From NCBI RefSeq assembly GCF_001949145.1, contig NW_019091355.1:4700625-4764624 (forward strand): a stretch of 64,000 bases of DNA, written 5' to 3'. The translations under genes and the position numbers were made by a program. Source of the stretch: Acanthaster planci (taxonomy: Eukaryota). Within the stretch, counting starts at the first letter, position 1. Each line of letters opens with the position of its first letter. The notes beneath the pieces are model-generated. The model made no database searches and was not told the origin of the DNA. It was given only the letters and a program-made list of their open reading frames with translations. This document shows, one piece after another, positions 61,686 through 64,000 of this stretch.

Positions 61686-64000
61686 CTAATACATATTTGC
61701 ATTTTTAAAAAATCAATTTCTTCCTCATATTTAAAAATCAAGGTCTTTGGAAGCTACGTGGTCCCACTATAACAAGCAAGAACATATGATAACTTTTCAA
61801 GGTCGTCTAATGATTGACAAGGAAAGGAGATATGCTCGAGGCGAGATGACTGCCACAAATAAACTAAAAAAAACCCAAACCTTGACCACGAAAAACAAAA
61901 CAAAACCAAAATTCTGAACAGAAACACTCAAGGTCAAATAAAAGCAAACTCCCTTTCCATTCGAAAGTACTTTCTGTTGTGTAGTACATGTCGTGTAACG
62001 GAAACAGAGATATAGAAATTTGACATTCACCTCATGGGGTCGTTACCTGCTTGTGGAAACGCTTTTGCAACTAACACTTCAGGCACCTCAAGCATTTTTT
62101 GTCGGTGATAACAGTGTACCAAAAGTTCACACTTTCTTCGGTTATGAAATCACATTCGTTTTGCAACAGTCGGGAAGAACAGATTTTGTTTTCGGGATTG
62201 ATTTACTTCTAAAAGAAAGGATTCAGCAAAAAATTTGTAAGGAAATCAAGTAATCTGGTTAATTTTTTCCAACCCTCATTTAATAAAATGAATGTGATAT
62301 TCTTTCCTCAAAGTTGGGTGAAAATTTGGCACATCTTTCTCATACAGCGAAACATTCAGTGAAAAAAAAAGTAATGCACATGTACTCACTTGCAGATGAA
62401 CCTTCCAAACTAAACACTTTTCAACAACACATGTATTTCTCTCGAATAACTAATTTTTTCCTTGTTTTCTCATACAGGTATGAAGATTCATGTGCGTCTT
62501 CAAATCTTCCTTGTACTGAAATGCTAACGGCAAATTACTTGACACAAATTCACTTAGAAGTTTGAAAAGACAGACGATACAAGACGTACACAAAACGGTG
62601 GAAAAAACCAGACCATCACTGAACTACATGTACGGTGCAGTGTTGATGTGTCAAAGGACACTGCAGAAGAAATAATCAATTAACCTTTTCTTCGAAAAAA
62701 TTTAAATAATTGTCTAATGGCAAATTAGGTAATTTTATGGAGGTTGTATGAACAGTAATTAAAGCCCAGAAAAACTTACACACAGCTTTTTGATGTAAAT
62801 CTGACAGCCCGCATTAGGTTTCAACCTTAATGACTCATAACACAACTTCATGGCTCACAACTTCATGATTCACCCTCGGCCTCAGGCTTCACAACACGAA
62901 AATGGGACCCTAAAAATTTGACAAACACAACTAACGGAACAAACAAGGTGGGGGAAAACTACCCCTAGTTTGACTTCAATTTCAAAATAGCCGGGGTAAT
63001 GATACTGCACACGTTCTTTCAGCCCAAAATGACTTTTTAAAAGGCATTTAAGAACTGTGTCAAATTAAAATATGCAAGAGCTTTGTTGTATGACACGATG
63101 CATACTGCTATATGTACGTACACGTACACATGTTGAAGTGGATTTAATACAAGCACGTGCTAAACTGTGAGATTTTTGTTTCAAGGTGCAAGATCGGCCA
63201 TCTAATATGCTAAATCTACAGGGAAGTTGTGAACCTGCTCAGACAAAATGCAGCACCAAAAAAAAGAGAGAAAATTTGTGGTATCACGTTCTAAAATATG
63301 CCAGTACTGTACAAACCATAAAAAGTGTGCGCCCCAAGTCAGTAAACAGAGCAAAGGCCAAAATGAAAGAAGAAAAATTAAAAAAAAAAACTAAAAGCTA
63401 AAGTGCACTGTGACGGGAAGACTGCGTGAGTGCCAGAGAGCACAGCATTCTGTCATTCATACTGTTAATTGTGAGTCTAGTGTTAAGAACAAACCACTTC
63501 AAACAACATGATAGTGCCAAGTATGAACTCTGTCTAATCTACATGTACAATGTAATAAGGCCACATCTCCCCTCATGCAGTTAAAAACTATCACTGAGTC
63601 CAGGAAGTCAACTACTGGCGTGCAGGTAAGAAACATTGCCAAACATGCCACAAATGCTAATGTTAGAGAAGAAAACTCTTGAGATGGCTGGGTATGTGAC
63701 CGGAAGCCCCCTCCCTTCCAAGGGCAAATCTAGGACTGGAACTCAAAAATGAAGTGCAATTTGTACAAGTACCTTCACACAGTATTCCCCAATCTTCACT
63801 TTGCAGTATATATTCCACACAGCAATAGTGAAAATTCTCCTGATTTTTTGTTCAATTATTCCCCAGGGATATTGCGCATCTACTGTACATGTACTTTAAG
63901 ATCCCCTATTAATCTGACAGAGAACCCATCAAAACAACCAAACAGTTACCAAATTACATCCCCCTACCCTCTCTCCCCCCCCCGTCATCAAACATCTACA

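Noticed and set aside
62030..62100. ATG-led short ORF (MLEVPEVLVAKAFPQA) with two donor-like sites as a possible first exon
   Set aside because: Donor phases (1 and 2) do not match the phase-0 acceptor at 59361.
59400..64000. Search for exons encoding ankyrin repeats 1-4
   Set aside because: None recognised; they probably lie beyond the window end. The short ORFs here look like intronic noise.

Overview
Eukaryotic (metazoan) genomic DNA almost entirely occupied by one minus-strand, multi-exon canonical ankyrin gene (ANK1/2/3 family; the symbol ANK2 is used only as the nearest family label). I infer a non-vertebrate deuterostome, possibly amphioxus-like, but this is not proven. Reading from high to low coordinates, I hand-spliced ankyrin repeats about 5-24 (repeats 1-4 lie beyond the window end), the linker, ZU5-A, ZU5-B, UPA, the death domain, a long C-terminal array of small phase-0 exons, an 852-nt exon, and the start of a Glu-rich giant exon that is open for 786 codons up to the window edge and missing from the ORF track. 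Splice phases are consistent from exon to exon. Most notable: (1) two tandem phase-2/2 cassette exons that each duplicate the C-terminal part of the first ZU5-A exon, plus a possible decayed third; (2) about 20 frame-preserving micro/mini-exons flanking the death domain; (3) a giant exon downstream of the death domain rather than at the vertebrate position; (4) a GC-AG intron, 27-aa repeats carrying NPxY, and a candidate LIR motif. Introns carry SINE fragments, MITE-like elements and minisatellites. The small exons are predictions from splice signals and frame only and need transcript evidence.
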